Shown piece after piece: positions 47,473-58,937 of a stretch of 64,000 bases of DNA (positions are counted from its first letter, which is position 1; every line of letters begins with the position of its first letter). Location of the stretch: positions 310,001 through 374,000 of the forward strand of contig QPMI01000058.1 in assembly GCA_004431415.1 (NCBI GenBank), read 5' to 3'. Below the pieces are notes generated by a model that was not told where the DNA came from, did no database searches, and saw nothing but the letters and a program-made list of their open reading frames with translations. Both the position numbers and the translations under genes were made by a program. This stretch comes from Cyanophora paradoxa CCMP329. Taxonomy: Eukaryota; Plantae; Glaucophyta.

Positions 47473-47804
47473 ATGTCGCAGTTGATGCCCATAGCTCAGA
47501 TTGAAAAGTACTTACCGTTGATGCGGGACAAAAAAGTATCACTTGTTGCGATTGGAGATAAGCCAAGCACACAAACAAACCTAGGTTTTCTGCAAGCTTA
47601 CCGCCGATTTGGTCCTGACGGAATCAAAAAGGAGCTCGCAACCAAAAACACAACTTGGTATCAGCGAAGAGAGAATTACATTAAGAGGCGACTGGAGGGC
47701 GTAATGGAGCACCATTTTGGGAGAAAGATAAATCTGGCAGAACTATTCCAACACGTCTTGGACTCTCTCTGATTTCCTGGGCATTCATGCCGCCGCCTAA
47801 TTAA
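47473..47804 (+). CDS. Hypothetical viral protein (frameshift near the 3' end)
   Basis: TATATAAAATG start; GFLQAYRR...WYQRRENYIKRRL; an alternative frame ends PTRLGLSLISWAFMP. Confidence 0.55.
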
Positions 47805-49278
47805 TGTAACGTCCCCGGAAATCAAGCCGGAATGCATTCACATTTATAAATTCGTTTGTTATAATTTGCACATAGTTATATACCTGTGGGGTGATCAAAT
47901 GCGAGTCACTATGCATTAGATCGAAGCCTGCCATTGTTGGGTTCGCAGCAAGCACATTTGCTAGGACCGTATTTTCAAAAAGCCTCCCATCTTGGACATA
48001 TCCTAAGTTGGTCAGAATGCTGAAATTAAATAGGACTCCGGCAGCAAAAGCTGGCCCATACATAATGATTTGATGTAGCTCAAAAGGCTTTGTAAATTCG
48101 ACTCTGATCCAGGGATTAGGTAGAGTGCCACCTTGGAACCCTGTTGAGTTGGGTCGCACATGAGAAGGTGGGTGCAATTCCTCAAAGTCGTTGCTTATGA
48201 TGTTTGCATCTGGAATTATAAACCAGTTGACATCAAATGGCGGCTCAACTGTTAAAGTTGACGATATGATTAGTCTGTCATCGTTCAGTAGGTCATAGTT
48301 CGCCAATAGAAAGCTGCAGAGCGCATTTATTTTAGCATTTATTTCGATTTGTTTCAGCCATAAATCTGTTGTAGAAATCAAATAAGAAATATTCGATGGG
48401 GAGGCATCATCAAGCTTGCTCATGACTGCAGCTGGCAGAGGAACACTTAAACGCCAGTATCTAGTTAGATTCCTATCTGCATCAACTGGAAGCAGTTCCT
48501 GCATTTGAAAGTGCGATTCCAGCTCGCTACCAGCCATTAGCATAGAAATGATTGGGCTGCCTGAGAGGGATAGGATCCAGCCCAGTGCGCCCCAGCCTGA
48601 CGTCTCCGAATTCGAAAAGCCTGCAGTCAATTGCTCACTGGCTTGGACTTCACCACAGCTAATGCTCACAAGAACAATTGGATCTTCTGCATCGTAAATT
48701 TTACTGGCGTGGCTGAGTGCAGCAACTGAGGGATTATTCAAACAGGCAATTGCCCGTCAACAAGGTTTTTGTCCCTAGAACCTTCGGTGGAAAGAATGTA
48801 GGTGCTGCTGAAGATGCTCTCACTGCATCACGAATCAGCGTGCTTGAATATGGCCCATCCTTCGTAAAAACTACTGGCTGCATCCGAACTGTATCAAACG
48901 CTGTAATTAATACGTCTTTTGTCGATTCTGCAATTGTGTAGTCCAGGGCAACGTCTGTAAGCACCGACTCCAGAGGATTTGCATCATAGCGGCTTCCTGA
49001 GAGCAAGCTTGTGAGTGATCTCGGATTTGCAAATATTGTTGGCAGGTTCGTTTGATATAGACTCAAGATATCACCTGCAGAATATCGGTAAGCAAGAACA
49101 GAGCCTGGAGCTGATGGGATCGCCAATCCGGCCGCTATTATTGCCCTGTTGAGGTGCCTGCAAAGAAATCAAACAGCTGTGGTATTGCTTTCCCAGTAAT
49201 CGCCTCAATCCGTTGTAGAATTCGGGCTATGACTATTCCACGAGCACCTCCACCTGATAGTGAGAGAATGACCTTCAT
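47797..49278 (-). CDS. Patatin-like phospholipase with a C-terminal discoidin (F5/8C)-like domain, frameshifted
   Basis: LSLSGGGARG, AGTSTG (GxSxG), RASSAAPTFFPP, VDG..NNP; C-terminal WIRVEF.KP..LHQI...G...YVQI...FRLDFRG. Confidence 0.85.
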
Positions 49279-49301
49279 TTTTAAAAGGGGCTTATATAAA
49301 A

Positions 49302-52300
49302 ATGTCCTACATCTTGAAGAAGCCAGTGCCACTTCGTAGATCTCCAGATTTCGTTGATGATCGACTCATAAATATTCGCGTATTTGGAAGCATCTTGGCA
49401 GACTTCAATGCTGATCGTGACATCCACAGGACCGAGTTTAGTCGACCAGCTGCATTAATTCTGCGGAACTCTCACGTTGGTGCCCCAGATATTGCACAGA
49501 GATTCTGTCTTGGTCCCACTGAGAACTTTGTTGCTGAAATTATTGGGTCCAGGGCGTTGCCACGACACCTGCGAATTGCCTCCTCAGGCACAGTCTCCAA
49601 GTATGATTCTGGTAGATTGATATTTAGGCTCCAAAATGATAGAGGGGTCCATACATCAGCTCTACGTCTAATTGATGAATCAAATGATGTCGCAAACAAA
49701 ACTGCGGCTCAAATCACTGGGCGAATTCTCCTTGGCGAAGATGCTGCAATATCAGTGCTTGCATCACAAATTCAGCCGTTCCCCTGGGATCTACTATATA
49801 CCGATGCACGAGAAGCAAATCTTCTTTCGGGTTTGATGTAAATCAAATCGATACCGAGCCAGCCACCAGGTTCGATATTCCTGGATGCACCTTCGGCTCT
49901 ATCTTGATTGAGGCTGACAGGCACCTGCTCCGGCATTGCATGATAGATATGACCTAGGGCTTCGCACCAGGCAGTGGAGAAATATTCATGGAACTAATAT
50001 TTATCAGGATGGTAAGAAGGTTAGCACTGAAGAGCAGGTTATCAACATTTTCAACTACTACTTCGGACCTATTGTCCCTATACCACCTCTTCCAGGGTTA
50101 CCAAAGCCGCCAATCCCGGATGGACCTGGTCGAGAGCGAGTTGCTGATGAGACAGTTCCTTTCGGTCAACATATTGTCAGTTGGGAGCAAGTTCGCAATA
50201 AACCTATCTTCGAACCGAAAAAACAAATAGATGAACAGTATTTACCTCCTGAAATCGATATATTAGAGCTTGATGATTACCAATTTGTCCCAGATGAGGA
50301 AGAGTTTTTACCTGACGGTTTCGACCCGCAAGAGTATGAGTATGATCAATACGACCCAAATGAGGAAGAGTATTTACCCGATGGTTTAGATCCACAAGAG
50401 TTTGAGTATGAACAGAATTATGAACCCCATGAGGAATATTTAGCAGATGGTCTCGAACCACCAGTTGTGGATTATGAGCAACCTTATGAACCCCATGAGG
50501 AGTTTTTACCAGATGGATTACAACCGGAGCTTTTTGAGTTCTTTCCAGATTGGGAACAGATCAACAACAAACCAGCGAGATATCCACCAGAGGATCACAA
50601 CCATGATTGGGATGAGATCTTGGGTAAACCTGAGAAATATCCACCTGAAGATCACAGGCATGATTGGGCGATATCGATGGAATTCCACCTGAGTTTCCGC
50701 CAGAAGACCATTTACATATTTGGAGCGAAATACGAGAGCAGCCCACTTTTGCATCAGCAGGAAATGTATTATTAGGAGATATTAACAATGGTGTGAGTCT
50801 CTACCAAAATATAAACACACCAGAAAGATTACAATTAAACGATTATTATGTGAATCGTCAGGGAATCGATGCAGGCACCACAATGGACGGTGAATTGTAT
50901 ATTAGACCACCCACAAGGGATGTAATATTACCACTTGGTGGTGGAATTGAAATTAAAAATACAAAACCAGGAATCTACTTAACAAACTACTACCCGATGA
51001 TGTCCCGATGACAGCAGGATTTATTTCTCTACCATCTGATCCAGCAAACTATGATAACAAAGATGCAACAATACAAATTAATGTGACTAATGTAAGCGAT
51101 TTAGACGGATCAAGACCAAAATTAATATTTAGCCGTGAGCAACTCGCAGCAGAAACACTTTTAGGAGATCGCGATGATTATAAACAATGTGAGGTAGCAT
51201 GGATTAAAACAAATTATAATGGTGGAGTTCCTGAGGGTCTTTTAGAAATCAATCAGAGAGCCTCAGCGAAAAACATTCATAACGAAAATATTTCAAGAGT
51301 CGTAACAGAAGATTATTTTAGATGGGATAATATCCCTGACGCACCCGAAAAATTCCCACCCTCAGACCATGAACATGTTAAAGCAGATATTACGGATTTT
51401 GCACATACTCATGTCAAAGCCGATATTACAGATTTTGCCCACACTCACACAAAAGATCAAATAACAGATTTCGCACATGAACACGTCAAAGCCGATATTA
51501 CGGATTTCGCACATGAACACGTCAAAGCGGATATTACAGATTTCGCCCATACTCACACAAAAGCAGATATCTCAGACTTTGCCCATACTCATCTAAAAGC
51601 AGATATTACAGACTTTGCACATGCTCACACAAAAGCAGATATCACAGATTTTGCACACACCCACCTTAAAGCAGATATTACAGACTTTGCACATACTCAC
51701 CTAAAAGCAGATATTACAGATTTTGCACATACCCACACAAAAGTGGATATCTCAGATTTTGCACATAGGCACAATTGGGACGAAATAGACGAACAGCCAG
51801 TATTCGCACAATTGAATGCAATCGGAAACGTTTTTAATGGAGTCACACTTTACCAATCGATTAATACACCTGAAAGGCTATTTTTGAATGATCATTATGT
51901 TAGTCTCAATGGGTCGTTTACAGGTCAAGACGGCACACCGATGGTGGGAACTCTTGCAGTAAGATTACCCAGGGATCCAATCGTAAATGGAGTGTATAGT
52001 GGTGATTTTAATGTAGGAGTAAATGATACTTTCCCCAGTATCTATGTCACGAATTATCACCCGGGTGAAACAGGACAAGTAGCGGATTTTTCAGCAGCGA
52101 TACAAGTAAATGTAACAGATCAAAGTGCATATGATGGAGCAAGACCTAAGATAGTATTCACAAGGAGAAAGTTGTAAACTATCTTCCTGTTGCAGGACAA
52201 CCCACAGATGATCACGGAAAATGTGAGATGGCGTGGATTAAGACAACATCAGGAGGCGCCTTAGAAGTCAATCAGAGAATGGCGGCAAAAAACTTACACA

Positions 52301-55293
52301 ATACCACCCTTTCCGGTGTTGTTACAGATGATTACCTTACCAATAAAGGATATCTCACGTCGGCGGATTTAAGCAGTTATGCAACCGATGCAGAATTAGC
52401 GGCGGCACTTGCGAATTATCTACCTCTTACAGGTGGAACCGTCACCGGAACCGTTAACGCTACCACATTACAAATTGGTGGAACCACAATACCGAAAGGT
52501 TATGAATTTGACCAATTAGATGTGGTTTCGACAGATAGAAGCGCAAATAATTGGACTGTTAATTGGACAGGTCATAGAACGGGACTAACCGGATGTTATA
52601 CGACACCTGAGAATGACGCAGATGTTACGGGTTGTTGGATGCGTTGGACAATTCCAGAAGGTATGAAATCGTTTTATATTCAACTTTTACTGTGGCATAA
52701 TTGTCGATATTTCGATATTTACGGGCAAACTGTAAATGGACATCAACATTTCCTAAGACGAATAAATAACTATCAAGGACTTCAGGATGTTGCAGTTCAA
52801 GATGGAACATACCCAGCTATAATATTTACTTCAGTAAACTGCGAATTTTACAGTAAAATATATGTTCAAGGGCGAAAAGGTCGCATTTATTTTACGGGTG
52901 TGTTTGGTTGGAGTCGTCAGAGAGCAACCGATAATGATGTAGGATTAGTGCATTATGATAATATCGCTTTTAATCCTGTTGGCAAATATTCCGATTTTGA
53001 TGTAGTGACCGCTTGGAATGATGCAAGTATAGCTATGGTCGGAAGTTGGCAAACCAATTGGAAACCTACAACAGATAACCCAGTAGCAGGATTTTATAGC
53101 AATCAAGAAGGTGACACAAGCGGTAGTGACTATGTGCAAGCAGCAGTGCCGGCAGGAATGAAAACATGTCACATTCAGTATTTATGTTGGACGAATGGGC
53201 GATATTTCGATATTCAGGGATACCGCAACAGTCGATGGAATCATATTATGAGAGTGAATACTTACCAGAATGTAATAAACACAGCCGATACATTATGGCA
53301 TGACGGTTTATTATGGACTTCTGTATTTTGTGGGAATTTTACACATATTAGAGTTGTTGCAAGAAAAGGGCGTTGTTATGTTGGATATTTTGCATGGACG
53401 AAAGAAGTAGGAAGAACAGCACCAGCGAATGGTATGATTAGTTGGGATAATGTTTATAGCAAACCGTCATTTTATTCAGCCGCAGACCTTCCAGGAACAG
53501 CAACATGGATTACAAACACTTGGTTAAAATCAACAGATAACATAGAGCGAATATGGTTTGGAAATGGTAATACGACATATATTCGAGGTTATGGAAATAG
53601 TGATGGGGTTTCAATTGAATTCAGAAACTCAGCAGATGGAGCAATTTTAAAATCTTATAACAATGGAAACCTTTGGGTAAACAACACTTTGACAGTTCCG
53701 ACAATAAGCGCTACCACCATTGGTGCAACAACAATAGATGTTGCAACATTAAAAAGAAATGGTTATGACGTTCCGAAATGTTACGGTTTTGATGACGCCG
53801 TAGCAGGTGCCGCTTATCATTCATCGGGCGGAACTTGGACAGTTGGTTATGGGACACCTTGGGATCCAGGATATAATTATGGTAGTTATGTGTATAACAG
53901 TGAAGCCGATGATACAGCTTCTACAACTACATGGATTCAATATACAATACCCACAGCAATGGTTAATGGGACAGCATTCCTTACACATTTACCATGGAAT
54001 TCTTGCCGTTACTTTGAAATTTGGGGAGTCCGTAGTAATGGAGCAACTGTATTTATTACGAGAGTTAATAACTATCACCCTTATAATAGCGATTCCGACG
54101 GTCACCACAACGGGTTAAATAATGTCCCTATTTTCCTTGCGGGTCGATTTACTCACATCCGTATTTATCCGAGAGTTGGAAGAGTTCATATTATGGGTAT
54201 TGGTTTCACACATGATCGTGCACATAGTAGTTCATATGGTGGTCACACCGGTTACATTTCTTGGGATAACATTTATAGTAAGCCAAATCTACTTACACCG
54301 AGTTTAGTTGGAAACATTACAGGTTTTGATACTTGGAGTGGAACAGGTAGTGGTGGTCTATCATTTAGCGGATCTTGGGTATCAGGTTGGACGGCTACTA
54401 ATGATAATCCTGTGGACGGATTTTATAGCAGTATTGAAGGAGAAACGACGAGTAGTGATTGGGCGCAAATCGAAAAACCAGCAAATATGAAAACATGTCA
54501 CGTTCAATACTTGTGTTGGACGAATTGCAGATATTTCGACATTGGAGGTTATCGATCGGGTCGATGGTTCCACATTATGCGTGTAAACACTTACCAGGCT
54601 ATCTCAAATTATGGAACCTCTGATTATCACGATGGGTTGGCGTGGGCTTCCTTTGCTTGTGATAACTTTTCACATGTTAGATTTGTTGCAAGAAAAGGGA
54701 GATGTCACATTGGTATGGTTGGATGGACGAAAGAAAAAGGAAGAACAGCACCAGCAAATGGTATGATCAGTTGGGATAATGTTTATAGTAAAGATGCTCG
54801 CACCACATGGGCTACCGGAACTTGGATAACATCAGATGAAGGTAATGGGAGAGTTTATTTCGGTTCATCATCGACTACATACATTAAAGGTTACGGTTAC
54901 GAAATGATCCATTTTAGAAATGCAGTTGATATAACAATGCAAGCTTTTTATAATGATGGTAACGCTTACTTTTGGGGATGGCTTACACAAGGAAGTGATA
55001 GAAGATACAAAACCGACATTAAAAATATAACCGGCGCCCTTTCAGCAATCGAGAAATTACAGGGTGTGAGTTATAAAAAGATTGGTGATGAAAAACAAAA
55101 AGTTAATTTAGGTCTGATTGCGCAAGATGTCGAAAAAGTCATACCAGAAGTAGTAGGTAAAAATCATGAAAATTATTTAACCCTTGCATACACGGGTTTA
55201 ATTCCAGTTCTCATAGAAGCCGTTAAAGAATTATCCCAGAAATGCAAGAGTTTACAAGATCAAATAGACCAATGGCGCAGTCAGGCTGCTTAA
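49302..55293 (+). CDS. Giant modular fibre/spike protein (~2000 aa if joined) with a C-terminal peptidase S74 chaperone domain
   Basis: Five abutting same-strand ORFs; HxH repeats, duplicated domains and a C-terminal SDRRYKTDI...GLIAQDVEKVIPEVV...YTGLIPVLIEAVKEL. Joining is inferred because internal repeats cross ORF breaks; the first join (49841..49936) is least certain. Confidence 0.75.
50296..50550 (+). repeat. Coding acidic repeat (~22 aa x4, EE(F/Y)LPDG.DPQE)
   Basis: Visible in the translation of 49936..50775. Confidence 0.8.
51368..51763 (+). repeat. Coding 36-bp tandem repeat x11 (HxHxKADITDFA)
   Basis: Eleven in-frame 12-aa units with mostly synonymous variation. Confidence 0.95.
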
Positions 55294-55324
55294 CTGCCCT
55301 AATAAAAATGTCACAGTATAATAA

Positions 55325-55633
55325 ATGGCGACGTATCCACTTGGTGGAACTCCTTCTACTTCTTCTGAGCCTGTCGCTCTTGCTTTCGATACTATCAAAC
55401 TTGTAGCCGCACTACAAACTGTCGAAAAAACAATACAACAAACTAACAAACTGTCACCGGTTGTTCATGAATATAAAAACCTCTTGGTTAATGTCCTTGC
55501 GCAATCGGCTTATGGTGATCCTGTTGCTAAATACTCTGAGTGCGATAGCAATATCAAAGCAATGACAGCCAATATTCAAGCTCTTTCTGTTGCTTACCAA
55601 GCCCTTGGAGCTAATCTAATCACTTTGGCTTGA
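55325..55633 (+). CDS. Small helical hypothetical protein
   Basis: 102-aa ORF with ATAAATG start directly after the fibre gene. Confidence 0.6.
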   Translation: MATYPLGGTPSTSSEPVALAFDTIKLVAALQTVEKTIQQTNKLSPVVHEYKNLLVNVLAQSAYGDPVAKYSECDSNIKAMTANIQALSVAYQALGANLITLA

Positions 55634-55689
55634 TGGTAGTTTGGCTTGTCTGCCGACTTTTTTTTCTTTCCTTCTTAGTAAAATAAGCA

Positions 55690-56543
55690 ATGGGCGAATA
55701 TAATCGGGTTCAGTTACCTATCTATTCACTTGGATCCCCTGCAAATCATTTTCGCCAACACGAAGTCAATGATGAGGTTCGCGGTCTGGAATCCACTGAA
55801 CGACCTAATTCGAATGGTAACTCTTTTGACAAAAACTCAATGATTCGAGTAAAAGAACTCCGAGCCGATAAGAATTCGGGTGTAGTTAAAACCACTCGAC
55901 TACTCGTAAGCAATGCAAATTTCTTCCAGCCAATAAATGGAGGCCCTGATGCTTACAGTGTTGATCTGAAAGCCCTCGATTTCGACAAGAATTCTGCTGC
56001 TGCTACAATTCGTTCAGGTGGAGCATTTATTGGTGGTGGTTGCAGAGTTTCAGGTCAACTCTCTTCTTCGATTGCATACAATGATGTCCCGGATTCCTTG
56101 AACAAAATGTTGAAAATCCACAACGAATTCGGTTCTATACACCTGTTGCACAGCAACCTTTTCTTCACTTCTATGTTGCATCATCTGTCTCTCTTGAAAA
56201 TTCAGAGTTGGTTTCCATTACAGGAACTGATCGTGTGAGAAGGAATATTCCTCTTCCCACAGCAATGCTTTCGATGTGCAGAGCAAACAACAATCAACCA
56301 GGTCACAATTACCTATTCTTTGTTCAAGCATCAAATCATTTCGGTCGGGGATATTGTGTATATAACAATTTGACATTTACTTATGATTTGTTTGTCACTG
56401 AGGTAGGAGTTTACAATACTATGATAATGGGACTGAGAACAGATATAGCAGCTGTTTCGGCACTTCGTGGTGTGAATGTTGCTGATATCTTTACAACCGG
56501 ATTTTACCAGGAGCCAGATGTAATCGATGATCCTACTCCGTAA
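55690..56543 (+). CDS. Fibre-like protein, paralogue 1 (frameshifted)
   Basis: Shares GLESTE, ELR.DKN.G.VKTT.LLV.NANF, GGA.IG.G.RV.G and C-terminal FG..Y...G.Y...RTD with 56567..57391. Confidence 0.65.
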
Positions 56544-56566
56544 AATATATATCACTTTAATGTAAA

Positions 56567-57391
56567 ATGGCTGAAATTGAACGCATCCTAACAGCACAGC
56601 TTTCGCTCGCGGCCCCCGCTACGCACGTTTTACAACATTCTACTTTTGACGATGTGGAAGGTCTTGAATCAACAGAGGTTCAGCCGACATTAAACACCTT
56701 CGGATCTACACATAAACTTCGATTGCAGGAACTCAGATGTGATAAAAATAATGGTATAGTTAAGACAACGAAACTTCTTGTCACAAATGCAAATTTTAGC
56801 TCACATTATGGAGATCCAGACAGCTACGGCGATCCTATTTCGACTTATTCTTTTGAATCTCGTTCTGGAGCTATTAACTGTCGAAATGGCGGCGCATATA
56901 TTGGTGATGGTCTTCGTGTTGGCGGAGCTATTGGAGCTCCTCTCTTCGTAAACGACACGCCAAACCCGATCGACAATCTGACGCGGATTCGGACGTATGT
57001 CCCCGGTATGAATGCACCATATATTATAAAGATCTTTCCAATTGTTGTTAATGAGCAAACATCAGTAGTTGATTCTCTGGTTGAAATTGGTGATCATTAT
57101 AAGGTAATTGTTGATATCCCTCCGGATATTTATGCACTCTGTCAAGTAGAAGGTGGAACCCCGAATATTTCGGTTGTAATCACACCCTATGACAATTTCG
57201 GGATCGCGTATCATGGTGTAAATTTCGGATTAGAAGATTATCAGTTTTTAGTAAGAGCTACCAGGTTTGGTATCTACAAATGCATCCTTTATGCTGAAAG
57301 AACCGATGCTATTGCTAAACAGAACACATATGCAGAATATGTTGGTACAAACAGGTATTTTCCTATATTCGGCAGCGATACGGCTCCATAG
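56567..57391 (+). CDS. Fibre-like protein, paralogue 2
   Basis: Intact 274-aa ORF and tandem paralogue of 55690..56543. The fibre role is inferred from Gly-rich GGAYIG motifs and context. Confidence 0.65.
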   Translation: MAEIERILTAQLSLAAPATHVLQHSTFDDVEGLESTEVQPTLNTFGSTHKLRLQELRCDKNNGIVKTTKLLVTNANFSSHYGDPDSYGDPISTYSFESRSGAINCRNGGAYIGDGLRVGGAIGAPLFVNDTPNPIDNLTRIRTYVPGMNAPYIIKIFPIVVNEQTSVVDSLVEIGDHYKVIVDIPPDIYALCQVEGGTPNISVVITPYDNFGIAYHGVNFGLEDYQFLVRATRFGIYKCILYAERTDAIAKQNTYAEYVGTNRYFPIFGSDTAP

Positions 57392-57429
57392 CCGCATTCC
57401 TTTGTTTTTTTATATTTTTCCATTAATAG

Positions 57430-57765
57430 ATGGATTTGCTTCGAAAATGTATGGATATGTTCCATCTCAACGTCACCAGCAAATTGAATTGTAGTTGCTG
57501 CGAGACGACCATTAACCTCGAAATATCAGACACAGAAGGCTCTCGCACCCCAGAAACTCAGGTTTCGCCTATTAACACACCCAGGACTTCTAGGTCCAAT
57601 TCTCCATTTACTCGAACTGATTCACCTGTACCTTGGCTTGATGCTGAAGGCCGAAGATTGTCTTGGCCTCCCCCAAATATCCCGAAGCCGCTGAAAAGAA
57701 AAAAGTCCTTGCTATCAAGTTTCCGAAAGGAGAAGACTCCAGTTTCGGAAAAGCAGCCAGATTAA
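57430..57765 (+). CDS. Small S/T/P-rich hypothetical protein
   Basis: 111-aa ORF ending just inside the TIR boundary; CSCC motif. Confidence 0.5.
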   Translation: MDLLRKCMDMFHLNVTSKLNCSCCETTINLEISDTEGSRTPETQVSPINTPRTSRSNSPFTRTDSPVPWLDAEGRRLSWPPPNIPKPLKRKKSLLSSFRKEKTPVSEKQPD

Positions 57766-57771
57766 GTGGAT

Positions 57772-58937
57772 GAGGCCGCACCAGAGCGCTCTTGGGACAC
57801 GAAGTGCTTCAATGTACTCATCATTATCGCCTAGATAGAGCTAAACGCTTTTCCTCTGGTTGCTTCAATGTTCTCATCATTTCGCCTAAAATTAACCTAA
57901 ACGTGCTTCCTCTGTTAGCTTCATCGTACTCATCTATATCGCCTAGACTATTCTGATCCGTTTCTCTGCAGACCGCGCTCATGGGGGCAGCGCTCCTCTT
58001 CGTCTATTCTTCTTCACAGCACTGTCCTAAATAGACATGAGCTATTGCTAGGCTCTGACCTAGGGAATCGGATTGTAGACGTTGCTGGATCGGTGGGGTA
58101 GACGTATATGGTGAAATTACTAATGAAACGCTGGAGGTATACACTTGAAACGCATGGAATCGGCGGCTATGGAGCGAAGCGAAATTGCCCGGGTGTGAGG
58201 TCCATGCGTATACAACAATCGACACATCTCCAGAGGCCACAGCAGACCGCTCCCGTCCTTACGTGCGGCTATAGCTTAACGCTTTTTCCTCGTTTAGCTT
58301 CTCTGTACACATCAATTACATCTAGCTAGAGCTTAACACGTTTCCTCGTTTAGCTTCTCTGTACTCATTAATATCGTCTAGACTATTCTGATCCGTTTCT
58401 CTGCAGACCGCGCTCATAGGGGGCAGCGCTCCTCTGCGTCTCTTCTTTTTGTCAGCTCTGCCCTGAATAGTCGTTAGATATTGCTAGGCTCTGACCTAGG
58501 GAATCGGATAGTAGACGTTGCTGGATCGGTGGGGTAGACGTATATGGTGAAATTACTAATGAATCGCTGGAGGTATACACTTGAAACGCATGGAATCGTC
58601 GGCTATGGAGCGAAGCGAAATTGCCCGGGTGTGAGGTCCATGCGTATACAACAATCGACACATCTCCAGAGGCCACAGCAGACCGCTCTGGGGGCAGCGC
58701 TCCTCTTCGCCTATTCTTGTTGTCTCCTCTGCCTTGTATAGTCGTCAGATATTGCTAGGCTTCGACCTAGGGAATCGGATAGTAGACGTAACAAGAGAGC
58801 GGGGTAGACGTAACGAGAGAGCGGGGTTGGAGTGATAGCGGGGTGGACGCTAGGGCTGGTGCAGCGAGAGAGGTGGTGATGGGATGGGGGTGGCGGAGAG
58901 GGGTGGGCCACCGCGGTGGGCTCTCTCTCGTTTTTTT
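57772..58937 (-). repeat. Right TIR of element C (~1.17 kb) with a ~435-bp internal duplication and ~56-bp iterons
   Basis: 57943..58251 is repeated at 58378..58688, with a partial third copy. Iterons resemble those in the B TIR. G-rich tip ending in T7. Confidence 0.85.

Larger units (their letters stand above)
36807..58937. mobile_element. Endogenous Polinton-like virus, element C (22.1 kb; outer left TIR missing)
   Basis: pPolB, integrase, ATPase, MCP, pentons and fibre. 36807..36884 is the reverse complement of 57772..57849. The right end ...CTCTCTCG-T7 joins host sequence ATCTCGCGCC. Confidence 0.92.

Noticed and set aside
51368-51763. 36-bp repeats resembling a CRISPR array
   Set aside because: No spacers, in-frame coding repeat with synonymous variation, no cas genes, eukaryotic context.
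49302-55293. Bacteriophage or prophage origin, suggested by the tail-fibre and S74 motifs
   Set aside because: No terminase, portal or tail genes; the flanking genes are Polinton-type and the host DNA has spliceosomal introns.
1-58937. Many frameshifts in A and C read as pseudogenisation or programmed frameshifting
   Set aside because: Where checked, breaks are single-base losses in short runs (e.g. MCP at ~1085 AAACC[C]GTC), and near-identical host repeat copies differ mainly by 1-bp homopolymer indels. Long-read consensus error is the simpler explanation; polishing is needed to be sure.
26246-58937. B and C as one 32.7-kb element, or as virophages (Lavidaviridae)
   Set aside because: B has its own TIR pair and C has a separate one, with core genes duplicated. 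The MCPs (~410 to 460 aa) are shorter than virophage MCPs, and no maturation protease was seen.
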